NCBI GenBank assembly: GCA_046260625.1
Contig: JBHEOV010000001.1
Coordinates: 3,005 to 67,004, forward strand
Reading direction: 5' to 3'
From: Halanaerobium sp.
Lineage (GTDB): Bacteria > Bacillota > Halanaerobiia > Halanaerobiales > Halanaerobiaceae
Length of the DNA stretch: 64,000 nucleotides
The notes below the pieces were generated by a model. The model did no database searches, was not told the DNA's origin, and worked only from the letters and a program-made list of their open reading frames with translations. Shown here in pieces: positions 9,762 through 18,511 of the stretch (positions are counted from its first letter, which is position 1; each line of letters begins with the position of its first letter). The position numbers were made by a program, and so were the translations under genes.

Positions 9762-9828
9762 TATTATATTGGTTTGTCTAAAGAATAATATTTAGACTTT
9801 ATTAAAAAACCTGGAGGTTTAAAAATTA

Positions 9829-11226
9829 ATGAGCAAAAAAGATTATGATGTAATTATCATTGGTGCTGGCCCGACTGGAATATTTACGGCGATGGAATTT
9901 GTAAAAAAAGAAGCAGATTTAGATATTCTAATTTTAGAAAAAGGAACTGATCTGGAAAGAAGAGTCTGTCCGATGAAAGAAAATCCTGGTATGGGCTGTG
10001 TTAACTGTCCCAGCTGTGCAATAGTTTCAGGCTGGGGTGGAGCTGGAGCTTATAGTGATGGAAAACTTTCTCTCTCTCCTGATATCGGTGGAAATCTGGA
10101 AAAATACATAGGAAGACAGGAACTAATTGATAATATTTCTTATGCAGATGATATTTATATGGAATTTGGAGCACCTGATCGTATTTTTGGAGTAGCGGAA
10201 GATAAGCAGGACGAAATCAGAAAAAAGGCTGTAAAAGCTGAACTTAAATTTATTCCTGCCAGTTTAAGACACTTAGGAACCGGCTATAGTCAGGTTGTTT
10301 TGCAGAATATGCAGGATTATTTAGAAGAACAGGGAGTAGAAATCAGATTTGGTGTTAATGTTAAGCAGTTTATAGTTGAAGCTGATAAAATAGAAGCTGT
10401 TAAAACTGCTGCCGGAGAAGAAATTTCAGCTGATTATGTGATGACAGCTGCTGGCAGAGAAAATGCAGAATGGTTAACAAATCAGGCAAAAAAAATGGGT
10501 ATTGAGACAGCAATTAATCCTGTAGATATTGGGGTCAGGGTTGAATGCCCGGCTGCTGTAACAGAATATATGACTGATAACTTATACGAATCAAAATTGA
10601 TTTATCATACACCAACTTTTGAAGATAAGGTAAGAACTTTTTGTATGTCTCCATATGGAGAAGTGGTAAGTGAAAATAATCAGGGATTGATTACAGTTAA
10701 TGGTCACAGTCATTCTGATCTAAAAACTCATAATACAAATTTTGCTCTGCTGGTCAGTAAAACTTTTACTGAGCCTTTTCATGAGCCGATTAGATATGGT
10801 AAGGATATTGCTAAACTGGCCAATATGCTGGCTGGAGGAGTTTTGGTTCAGAGATTGGGTGATCTGCTTAAAGGTAGAAGAACTACTGAGGAAAGACTGA
10901 ATCGTTCAGTCACAGAGCCAACTCTAAAGGATGCAACACCAGGAGATTTATCTTTAGTGCTGCCGCACAGACATCTGACTGGGATTATAGAGATGTTAAA
11001 GGCTTTAGATAAAATAACTCCAGGAATTTATGGAAGAGATACCTTACTTTATGGAGTAGAGGTTAAATTTTATTCTTCAAGACTAAATGTTGATGAAAAT
11101 CTGGAAAGTAAGATTGAAAATCTATTTTTCGGAGGCGATGGTGCTGGCATAACTAGAGGTTTAATGCAGGCTTCAGTTTCTGGAATAGTAATTGCCCGCT
11201 CAATAATGGAGAAGTTAGCTAATTAA
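9829..11226 (+). CDS. FAD-dependent oxidoreductase (COG2509-like) with an N-terminal 4-Cys cluster
   Basis: GAGPTG Rossmann motif, CPx8CxxCxxC, GGAGAYSDGK, GDGAGITRG. Confidence 0.85.
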   Translation: MSKKDYDVIIIGAGPTGIFTAMEFVKKEADLDILILEKGTDLERRVCPMKENPGMGCVNCPSCAIVSGWGGAGAYSDGKLSLSPDIGGNLEKYIGRQELIDNISYADDIYMEFGAPDRIFGVAEDKQDEIRKKAVKAELKFIPASLRHLGTGYSQVVLQNMQDYLEEQGVEIRFGVNVKQFIVEADKIEAVKTAAGEEISADYVMTAAGRENAEWLTNQAKKMGIETAINPVDIGVRVECPAAVTEYMTDNLYESKLIYHTPTFEDKVRTFCMSPYGEVVSENNQGLITVNGHSHSDLKTHNTNFALLVSKTFTEPFHEPIRYGKDIAKLANMLAGGVLVQRLGDLLKGRRTTEERLNRSVTEPTLKDATPGDLSLVLPHRHLTGIIEMLKALDKITPGIYGRDTLLYGVEVKFYSSRLNVDENLESKIENLFFGGDGAGITRGLMQASVSGIVIARSIMEKLAN

Positions 11227-11228
11227 AA

Positions 11229-11305
<77 letters not shown>

Positions 11306-11382
11306 TTAATATCATAAAATATTATACCATAATTTGAAATAATATGAAAGCAAAATAATTTTGGAAATTGTTAAATTTTCAC

Positions 11383-11411
11383 TTGATATTTATTCTTAAT
11401 CACTATACAAT
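11383..11411 (+). promoter_or_regulatory. Sigma-A promoter of the peroxiredoxin gene
   Basis: TTGATA-N17-TACAAT. Confidence 0.65.
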
Positions 11412-11463
11412 AAAACCAAGTTAATGACTCAAGTATAATATATTTTTACAGGAGGTTTTATAA

Positions 11464-11925
11464 ATGAAATTAAAAAAAGGTGAAAAGATTCCAGAATTTA
11501 AATTAAGAGATCATCAGGAAGAAGAAGTTAGCCTGGATAAATTTGATGGTAAAAATGTACTGCTTTCATTTCATCCTTTAGCCTGGACAAGTGTCTGCCG
11601 CAACCAGATGGAGGCTTTAGAAGATAATTATCAAGAATTTGAAGAGAATAATACAGTAGCTCTGGGAATTAGTATTGATCCAGTTCCTTCTAAGAGTGCC
11701 TGGGCAGAAGACATTGGTTTAAAAGATTTAAGACTTGTATCTGATTTCTGGCCTCATGGAGATTTTGCAGATAAACTTGGTATTTTTATCAAAGAAAAAG
11801 GTATTTCAGGCAGAGTTAATATTTTGGTAAATGATCAGGGAGAAATTCTCTGGGCAAAAGAATATGATATTCCAGAATTGCCTGATATTGATGAAGTTCT
11901 GGAAGCTGTAGTTGATAATGCTTAA
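11464..11925 (+). CDS. 1-Cys peroxiredoxin (AhpC/TSA, AhpE-like)
   Basis: FHPLAWTSVC peroxidatic motif, SDFWPHG, single Cys. Confidence 0.88.
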   Translation: MKLKKGEKIPEFKLRDHQEEEVSLDKFDGKNVLLSFHPLAWTSVCRNQMEALEDNYQEFEENNTVALGISIDPVPSKSAWAEDIGLKDLRLVSDFWPHGDFADKLGIFIKEKGISGRVNILVNDQGEILWAKEYDIPELPDIDEVLEAVVDNA

Positions 11926-12043
11926 CCGTTAACCCTTTAATCCTTAATTAATAATTAAAGCTAAAAATTATATAATCATCACTGCTATTCTAAAATAGAG
12001 TAAAAAGTTCACAACTGCTTTATTCTATAAAAATTAATTTTTT

Positions 12044-12090
12044 GAGCAAGTAAATGCCCTGTTTTTAAGAACAGGGTTTTTTGCTTGCTC
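12044..12090 (+). terminator. Terminator/extended hairpin after the peroxiredoxin gene
   Basis: GAGCAAG...CCCTGTT/AACAGGG-TTTTTT-GCTTGCTC; overlaps a TTGCTT-N18-TATAAT promoter (12081-12110) for the next gene. Confidence 0.7.
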
Positions 12091-12205
12091 TTTGCAATTT
12101 ATGTTATAATTAAATTTAGGTGATTGATTAAAAAATAATTTTGTCGGCTGGTTATTAACTCAATAGAAATTTGAAGTTGAATTTAAAATTGAAGATTATT
12201 GAGGA

Positions 12206-12694
12206 GTGGTCATTTTGGAGATTTTTTTAATCATTATGGTTCTGATTTTATTTGCAGTAGAAATTGCAGCAATATTCTTACCGGTGCTGCCAGATTCAGT
12301 TTTTTTCTGGGCAGCAGTTATTTTATATAGATTAATTAAAACAGATATTAGTTATTCACCTTATTTTTGGACAGGTGCGGTATTAATTACGATAATAGTT
12401 TTTATGGCAGATTATCTGGCCAATGCTTATTTTATAAAAAAGCAGGGCGGCAGCAATAGAACAATTATGGTTGCAGTTGTGGGAATGGTTGTGGGAACAA
12501 TATTTTTAGGCCCGTTAGGATTTATAATTGGACCTTTTATCCTGATTTTCATTGCTGAATACTGGCAGAGCAGAAACAAAAAGAATTCATTTAAACTTGC
12601 TTTAAGCAGTATTTTTGCTTTTTTAGCCAGTACAGCATCTAGACTGGGGATGCAGATATTTTTAATGATCTGGTTTTTCATTGAAATATATTAA
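12206..12694 (+). CDS. DUF456 family membrane protein
   Basis: LPVLP...DYLA...KKQGGS...GPLGFIIGPF pattern; 4-5 hydrophobic segments. Confidence 0.8.
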   Translation: MVILEIFLIIMVLILFAVEIAAIFLPVLPDSVFFWAAVILYRLIKTDISYSPYFWTGAVLITIIVFMADYLANAYFIKKQGGSNRTIMVAVVGMVVGTIFLGPLGFIIGPFILIFIAEYWQSRNKKNSFKLALSSIFAFLASTASRLGMQIFLMIWFFIEIY

Positions 12695-12802
12695 GAAATA
12701 TACTAGATTCGGCTCCTGCTAAAAATTTATTATCAAAATAGATCAAAAAAAATAATTTTAAATTATAATGGTTGTATAATTAAAGTGAAAGGAGGCTGAC
12801 AG

Positions 12803-14782
12803 ATGTATAAGATTTATAGTGGCAGTACAGGTAGTGGTAAAACTACAAAATTAAAAGCTGAATATCAGCGGCTGGCTGCTGAAATAGGAAGTGAAAAAAT
12901 ATTATTATTTTTAAATTCTGCTCGTTCTGTCAGTCAGTTTCGCGAAGAGTTGGATTTAAAATTATTAGGAAATTTAAATATTTATACATATTTTGGTTTT
13001 GTCAATCAGCAGTTAAATAAACACTGGCCGGCTGTAGAAAGAAAATACAGCGGCGAGAATCAGTTAATAGAGCCTACATTTATGAATATTGAAACTTCTC
13101 ATTTTTTAATGAGTAATTATGTTGCTAAATATAGAAAAGATAGAGCTTATTTTCGCAGTATTAAAGCCAGACCGGTACAGATTGCAGTTCAGCTAATTGA
13201 TAATTTAAATCTAGCAGCTTTTAACAGGCTCGATTTTGATGAACTAGAAAAAAGACTACTCAGCTGGACTCAGAATGATGAAGATAGAACAAAATATGCT
13301 GAGCAGTCAATTGAAATTATGAAGACTTTTAGAAATTTTTCTTTAAATTATCGTTTATTTGATTATTCTGCAGCCATAACTTTATTTAATAGTTATTTGC
13401 TGGCTGATGAGGATTATCTTAATAATTTATATACTAAATATAATTATCTGCTGGTGGATGATTTAGAAAAGATGGTTCCGGCCGGTCAACATTTGATTAA
13501 AAAATTAAGTGGATCTGAAATTAAAGGGATTTTCACTTTTAATGAAAGTGGAGGTTTTAACCGTTTTTTTGGTGGTAATCCAGCTGCAGCAAAAAAATTA
13601 TTTTTTGATTCAGAGGCAGAAATAATAGAGATCAAAGAAAATTATACTGCAGCAGAGGCAAGTGGTGAACTTGCTGCTGAAATAAAGGCTGTTGTTAAAG
13701 AAAGAAAGTCTAATTTAGTGCAGTCATCACTTTTATTAGAAGAAATTGATAGTGAGTTAAGAGGAGAAATGTTAATTAAAGTTGGAAAAAAAATTATTTC
13801 TCTACTGAAAAAGGGAGTTAAGGCTGATCAGATAGCTGTAATTTCTCCGAAGATTGATAAGGTTTTAAGCTTCAGCCTCCAGCAAATTTTAGAGAAAAAT
13901 GGCTATCAGTTGAGCAATTTTAACCGTTCTAAGCGTTTAATTGATATTCCCTTTGCCCGAGCTCTTTTAATTTTATATTTATTTCACTGTGAGCGGACAA
14001 ATATAGTCGGAGTTTCTTCCTTACAGCAGGCACTATCTCTGCTTTTAGAGCTTGATCCTCTGCGCTCCTATATTCTGGCAGAAGAGATTGCAGCCTCAGG
14101 CATGGAGCTGATTGATCTTGATAAATCGGGTTTGAGAGATAAGATAAATTTTCAGGCTGCTGAAAAATATGATTATTTAAAAGACTGGCTGCAGGATAAA
14201 AAGGAAGAAGAACTGGAAATTGAAGTTTTTTTTCAGCTTGTTTTCAGTGAAGTTTTAGCACCTTTAGATCCCTCGCAGGAAGATATTTTTGCCTGTAGAC
14301 AGATGATTGAATCAGTTGCTCGTTTTCATCAGGCAGTAGAAAATTTTCATCAGGAAAAAGATGATTTAAGTGAGCGTTATATTAATATGATTTATGAAGG
14401 GACTTTAGCTGCTGAAACTCTATTTAAGGGACAGGAGAAAGAGGCTGGAGTAATTTTAGCTTCACCCTACAAATTTTTATTTTCTCCAGAACTGGCTGGA
14501 GTTGATTATTTATTTATACTTGATATTTCAAGCAGTGATTGGATGCAGAGTATTGCCAAAGAACTGGTAAACCCCTATATTTACACTGAGCAGTGGCAGC
14601 AGGCAGAAAAATGGGATGATAGTCTTGATCAAAAGATTCGTCTAAATCAGCTCAGTGACTTTTTAATCAGTTTAATTTATAAAGTTAAAAAAGGAATTTA
14701 TATAGCAGATAGTTTTCTAAACAGCAGTGGTAAAGAGCAGGAAGGACCTCTTTATCGCTGGCTTGATGTGAGAGGAGAGTAA
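12803..14782 (+). CDS. Degenerate SF1/UvrD-like helicase (AddB/RecC-like scaffold, no nuclease domain)
   Basis: Walker A GSTGSGKT, Walker B-like LLVDDLE (DE changed to DD), downstream helicase motifs not recognisable. Confidence 0.7.
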   Translation: MYKIYSGSTGSGKTTKLKAEYQRLAAEIGSEKILLFLNSARSVSQFREELDLKLLGNLNIYTYFGFVNQQLNKHWPAVERKYSGENQLIEPTFMNIETSHFLMSNYVAKYRKDRAYFRSIKARPVQIAVQLIDNLNLAAFNRLDFDELEKRLLSWTQNDEDRTKYAEQSIEIMKTFRNFSLNYRLFDYSAAITLFNSYLLADEDYLNNLYTKYNYLLVDDLEKMVPAGQHLIKKLSGSEIKGIFTFNESGGFNRFFGGNPAAAKKLFFDSEAEIIEIKENYTAAEASGELAAEIKAVVKERKSNLVQSSLLLEEIDSELRGEMLIKVGKKIISLLKKGVKADQIAVISPKIDKVLSFSLQQILEKNGYQLSNFNRSKRLIDIPFARALLILYLFHCERTNIVGVSSLQQALSLLLELDPLRSYILAEEIAASGMELIDLDKSGLRDKINFQAAEKYDYLKDWLQDKKEEELEIEVFFQLVFSEVLAPLDPSQEDIFACRQMIESVARFHQAVENFHQEKDDLSERYINMIYEGTLAAETLFKGQEKEAGVILASPYKFLFSPELAGVDYLFILDISSSDWMQSIAKELVNPYIYTEQWQQAEKWDDSLDQKIRLNQLSDFLISLIYKVKKGIYIADSFLNSSGKEQEGPLYRWLDVRGE

Positions 14783-14784
14783 GA

Positions 14785-17007
14785 ATGGATTTCAAACCTA
14801 GATCGGGACAGAAGGAAGTTTTGGAATATCGAGGTGGACAGCTTGCAGTTCCTGCAGTACCAGGAGCAGGAAAAACAACAGTTCTTGCTCATCTGGCAGC
14901 AGAGCTGATCGCTTCTGAATTAAATAATGATCAGAAAATATTAATTGTAACTTATATGAATTCTGCAGTGGCTAATTTCCGCAAAAGAATTGGAGATTTT
15001 TTGGCCGCAAAAGGACTACCGCGAAGCCGTGGTTATAGTGTTAAAACTCTGCACTCACTTGCCCTGGGGATAATTAAAGAAAAACCGGAAGCCCGTTTAA
15101 TTAATCAGGATTTCGAATTGATTGAAACTGGCAGGCGCTACCGCTGGATTAAAGATTTATGCCGCAAATGGGCAGGGGAAAATGGTGAACTTTTACAGCA
15201 GTTTTTTAATCTAGAAAAAAATAGTTATCAATTTGATAAATACTTAAAAAAATGGCAGGAAGATGATTTTCCGGCTTTTGTGGCTTCTATGATTTCTTAT
15301 TTTAAATTAAAGCTGCTGGAAGGTGAAGAATTAAAGAATATGGTTAAATATTCAAATTTAAAATCAGTTAATATTTTAACTCCGGCAGCAGAAATCTTTT
15401 CTGAATATGAATTTCGGATGGCCCAGGCGGGATTATTGGATTTTGATGATCTGGTTCAGCAGAGTTTGAAACTTTTAAAAGAAGATCCAGAATTTACGGA
15501 GCGTATTGCCTCTCAATATGCTTTTGTTTTTGAAGATGAAGCTCAGGATTCAAATCAGGCTCAGGAAGAAATGCTTTATCTGCTGGCAGGAAAAAATAAT
15601 AACTTAGTCCGGGTGGGAGACAGCAATCAGGCAATTACAGGAACCTTTACCCTTTCAGATCCTGATATTTTTCGCAGTTACTGTAAAAGGGAAGATGTTG
15701 AAGTAGAGACTATGGCAGTTTCCAGCCGCAGCAGTCAGGATATTATTGATCTGGCAAATTATCTGGTTGACTGGAGTCAGGAAGAGTTCTCTGAAAGAGA
15801 GATTGAACCTTTAGAAAAAAAGTATATTCAGCCAACAGCTGAGGGTGACCCGGCACCAAATCCAGAACCTGAAGGATATAGAATTGGAACTAAAGCTTTT
15901 AAAGATTGGAAAACTGAAAAAAAATTTATAGCAAGACAGGCTCTGCGTAAAGCCAGAGAAAATAATAAGGAAACTACAGCAGTGCTGATGCCAACGGGCT
16001 GGCAGCTTGAGGAAATTGCAGGTGAAATTAGTGCTTTAGGGGGAGAATTCCAGCTGGCAGGAAGCAGTTCCAGTGATTCATTTTTAACAGAGCTGGAGGT
16101 TATCTTAAAATTTTTAACCTCACCCGCTGCAGCAGATAATCTAAAATTACTCTTTGCTGAAGTATTTGGCAGAGAAAAGCCAGAATTAAATCAGCTGCTG
16201 GAAGAAATTCTGGCAAAGAAAGAAAATCAAGATATTATTTTTCCACTTTCAGGTTTAAATAGAGATAATTTTAAACTCGAGTTTAGAAAAAGAGATGCTT
16301 TTGCTGATTTTTTTAAGAGTTTAATTCAGGTTCAGGGATGGCTTGAGGCTTCAATGGAGCTGCCACCAGATGAACTTGTATTATTTTTAGCCGAAAGAAT
16401 TGAACTTACAGGAAAAAAACTGGCACTTGCTCAAAATCTGGCTCTGGAATTTGGCAGACTTTTAAAAGAGAATCCTGCCTGGCGCCTGGATCAGTTAACA
16501 GCAGAGCTGCCGGAAATTAGAGATCGAATCAAACAATTTGCAGATACTTTGACAGAAATGGAGGGTTTTGAGGCAAAACCTGATCAGGTAACTTTATCAA
16601 CCCTGCATAAGGCGAAAGGTATGGAATGGGATACAGTTTTTATTGGAAGTCTGATTTCCAGTAATTTTCAGCATGATAATGATGATTATTTTATGGGGGA
16701 AAAATTTTATTTGAATGAAGAAATAAAAAATCCCAAGGCTTCAGCCAGAGCTGAATTGGAATATATTCTGAATGAAAAAAAGGAAAGAAATGCAGATTAT
16801 AAGGCCCGCCAGGAATTAATAGCCGAAAGGGTTAGACTTCTTTATGTAGGAATTACAAGGGCCCGCAAAAATTTATTTTTGAGCACCCATCAGAAAAAAG
16901 GTAAATGGGATAAAGATCCGGCTTTTATTTTCAATTCTTTAGCAGAGTTTATTGCAGAAAAAAATGAAAAATATCAGAGTCGAGCTCAAAGCGGGGTGGC
17001 AGAATAA
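14785..17007 (+). CDS. ATP-dependent SF1A UvrD/AddA-like helicase
   Basis: AVPGAGKT, EDEAQD, VGDSNQAI, SSRS, STLHKAKGMEWD, ERVRLLYVGITRAR. Confidence 0.92.
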   Translation: MDFKPRSGQKEVLEYRGGQLAVPAVPGAGKTTVLAHLAAELIASELNNDQKILIVTYMNSAVANFRKRIGDFLAAKGLPRSRGYSVKTLHSLALGIIKEKPEARLINQDFELIETGRRYRWIKDLCRKWAGENGELLQQFFNLEKNSYQFDKYLKKWQEDDFPAFVASMISYFKLKLLEGEELKNMVKYSNLKSVNILTPAAEIFSEYEFRMAQAGLLDFDDLVQQSLKLLKEDPEFTERIASQYAFVFEDEAQDSNQAQEEMLYLLAGKNNNLVRVGDSNQAITGTFTLSDPDIFRSYCKREDVEVETMAVSSRSSQDIIDLANYLVDWSQEEFSEREIEPLEKKYIQPTAEGDPAPNPEPEGYRIGTKAFKDWKTEKKFIARQALRKARENNKETTAVLMPTGWQLEEIAGEISALGGEFQLAGSSSSDSFLTELEVILKFLTSPAAADNLKLLFAEVFGREKPELNQLLEEILAKKENQDIIFPLSGLNRDNFKLEFRKRDAFADFFKSLIQVQGWLEASMELPPDELVLFLAERIELTGKKLALAQNLALEFGRLLKENPAWRLDQLTAELPEIRDRIKQFADTLTEMEGFEAKPDQVTLSTLHKAKGMEWDTVFIGSLISSNFQHDNDDYFMGEKFYLNEEIKNPKASARAELEYILNEKKERNADYKARQELIAERVRLLYVGITRARKNLFLSTHQKKGKWDKDPAFIFNSLAEFIAEKNEKYQSRAQSGVAE

Positions 17008-17804
17008 TGGCAGTTAATAACTTAAAAGATCTATATTTTTCCCAATCTGCTCTCTCTATATTTAATAACTGCCGCCGTCGTTTTCGTTATCGTTATCTGG
17101 ATGGTCTCTACTGGCCGGCAGAATGGGGAATGAACGAAGAAGTAAAAAGTGATTTAAAGCAGGGAAGTCAGTTTCACCTGCTGGCAGAAAGATATTACAG
17201 TCAGACTCTTGGAGAAACAGTGCTTAAATCAAATCAACTGCTGCAGTCCTGGCTTAATAGATTAAAAAAATTTTCGGCAGCTGAGAATGTAGTTTCTGCA
17301 GAGCAGGAACTGCGTTTTAAAGAAGAGAGTTTAAAGCTGCTGGCCAAATATGATCTTTTAAAATACGACAAATCAGAAAAGAAATTTATAATTTTTGACT
17401 GGAAAACAGATAAAAAAAGTCTCTACGAAAAAGATATTGAGAGTTCAATGCAGAGCCGTTTTTATTTATATCTTTTATATGAAGCTGGCTATGATTATTT
17501 TGCTGCTGATTATGAGCTGAAAAAAATGCCGGAACTTATTTACTGGAATCCTCGTTATCCGGTTCAGGATGTTAAAATTAAATATAATAAAAAGGATTTT
17601 GAAAAAGATAGAAATTATTTTAAAAAATTAATTGATGAAATTTTAACTGAGTTAGAATTTCCGCTGACAGATGATTTAAATAAGTGCAGATTCTGTGAAT
17701 ACAGGCCAATCTGCAGGGGGAAAAAAACCGAAAGTAAAGAATTAATAGAAGAAGATTTAGATTTAAATCTTGACTGGGAAGCAGTAGAAGAAATAGAGTT
17801 TTAA
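17007..17804 (+). CDS. Stand-alone PD-(D/E)XK RecB/AddB/Cas4-like nuclease with 4-Cys staple
   Basis: FSQSAL..FNNC.RRF, GSQFH, E-Q-E, KYD, DWKT, QxxxY, C-terminal CRFCEYRPIC. Confidence 0.88.
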   Translation: MAVNNLKDLYFSQSALSIFNNCRRRFRYRYLDGLYWPAEWGMNEEVKSDLKQGSQFHLLAERYYSQTLGETVLKSNQLLQSWLNRLKKFSAAENVVSAEQELRFKEESLKLLAKYDLLKYDKSEKKFIIFDWKTDKKSLYEKDIESSMQSRFYLYLLYEAGYDYFAADYELKKMPELIYWNPRYPVQDVKIKYNKKDFEKDRNYFKKLIDEILTELEFPLTDDLNKCRFCEYRPICRGKKTESKELIEEDLDLNLDWEAVEEIEF

Positions 17805-17879
17805 AAAATATTATTAAAATTATAAAGCCTAGAAAAAATTAATAGTTCAGAAATATAATTTAGGAATATTGAGGATGAG

Positions 17880-18500
17880 GTGATTTTTTGCAGAATAAAT
17901 TTAAAAATTTATTCTCAAAATATGTTTAGAAATAAAGAAGATTATCAACTTCACTATATTTATCATACAAATCAGCATAACAATGCTTATCTAATAGAAC
18001 TTAATCTGGATAAATATGATGATTTATTTAACAGCTGGGATGGAGCAGAACTTGACCGGAAAGAACTTGATCCTGAGCTAAGTCATTTTTTAGCAAGAGC
18101 AAGTTATGAGCTGCCTTTAAAAGACAAGGTAGAGCTCTGTTTTTATCTGCCGGAAACTGAAAAAGACGAAAAAATGGAGGCGGACTCCAGAGCTACTATT
18201 AAGAATAATTTTAGAATGAGACAGTTTTTTATTGATCAGGATTTAAGGCATAATCATAAAAAGACTGCTACTTATATTGTGATGGGGGTTTTATTTTTAA
18301 TTACAGCCTATCTAATTCCTGAAAATCAGGATCTGTCACTTTTAATTTCATTACTGATGGAAGGATTATTTGTCGGGGGCTGGGTCTTTCTCTGGGAGGC
18401 TTTTTCAATTTTCTTTTTTGGCAGCCGCGAACTGAAAGATAAAAAGAAAAGATATTTTCGTTATCTTGATTCAGATATAGTTTTTAAGTACAGAGAATGA
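17880..18500 (+). CDS. Hypothetical protein with two C-terminal TM helices (start may be 17922)
   Basis: 206-aa ORF: soluble N-domain (DDLFNSWD...ELDPEL) plus two hydrophobic helices; abuts recJ. Confidence 0.75.
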   Translation: MIFCRINLKIYSQNMFRNKEDYQLHYIYHTNQHNNAYLIELNLDKYDDLFNSWDGAELDRKELDPELSHFLARASYELPLKDKVELCFYLPETEKDEKMEADSRATIKNNFRMRQFFIDQDLRHNHKKTATYIVMGVLFLITAYLIPENQDLSLLISLLMEGLFVGGWVFLWEAFSIFFFGSRELKDKKKRYFRYLDSDIVFKYRE

Positions 18501-18511
18501 GAGGAGCAGGC

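Noticed and set aside
11368-11385. Rex-like TTGTTAAATTTTCACTT upstream of the peroxiredoxin gene (similar weak match at 48061-48078)
   Set aside because: Spacer one base short or right arm degenerate; cannot be told apart from background
17007-17804. Cas4-like nuclease as a sign of CRISPR-Cas
   Set aside because: No cas1/cas2 and no repeat-spacer array seen in the window; the helicase context points to an AddB-like role
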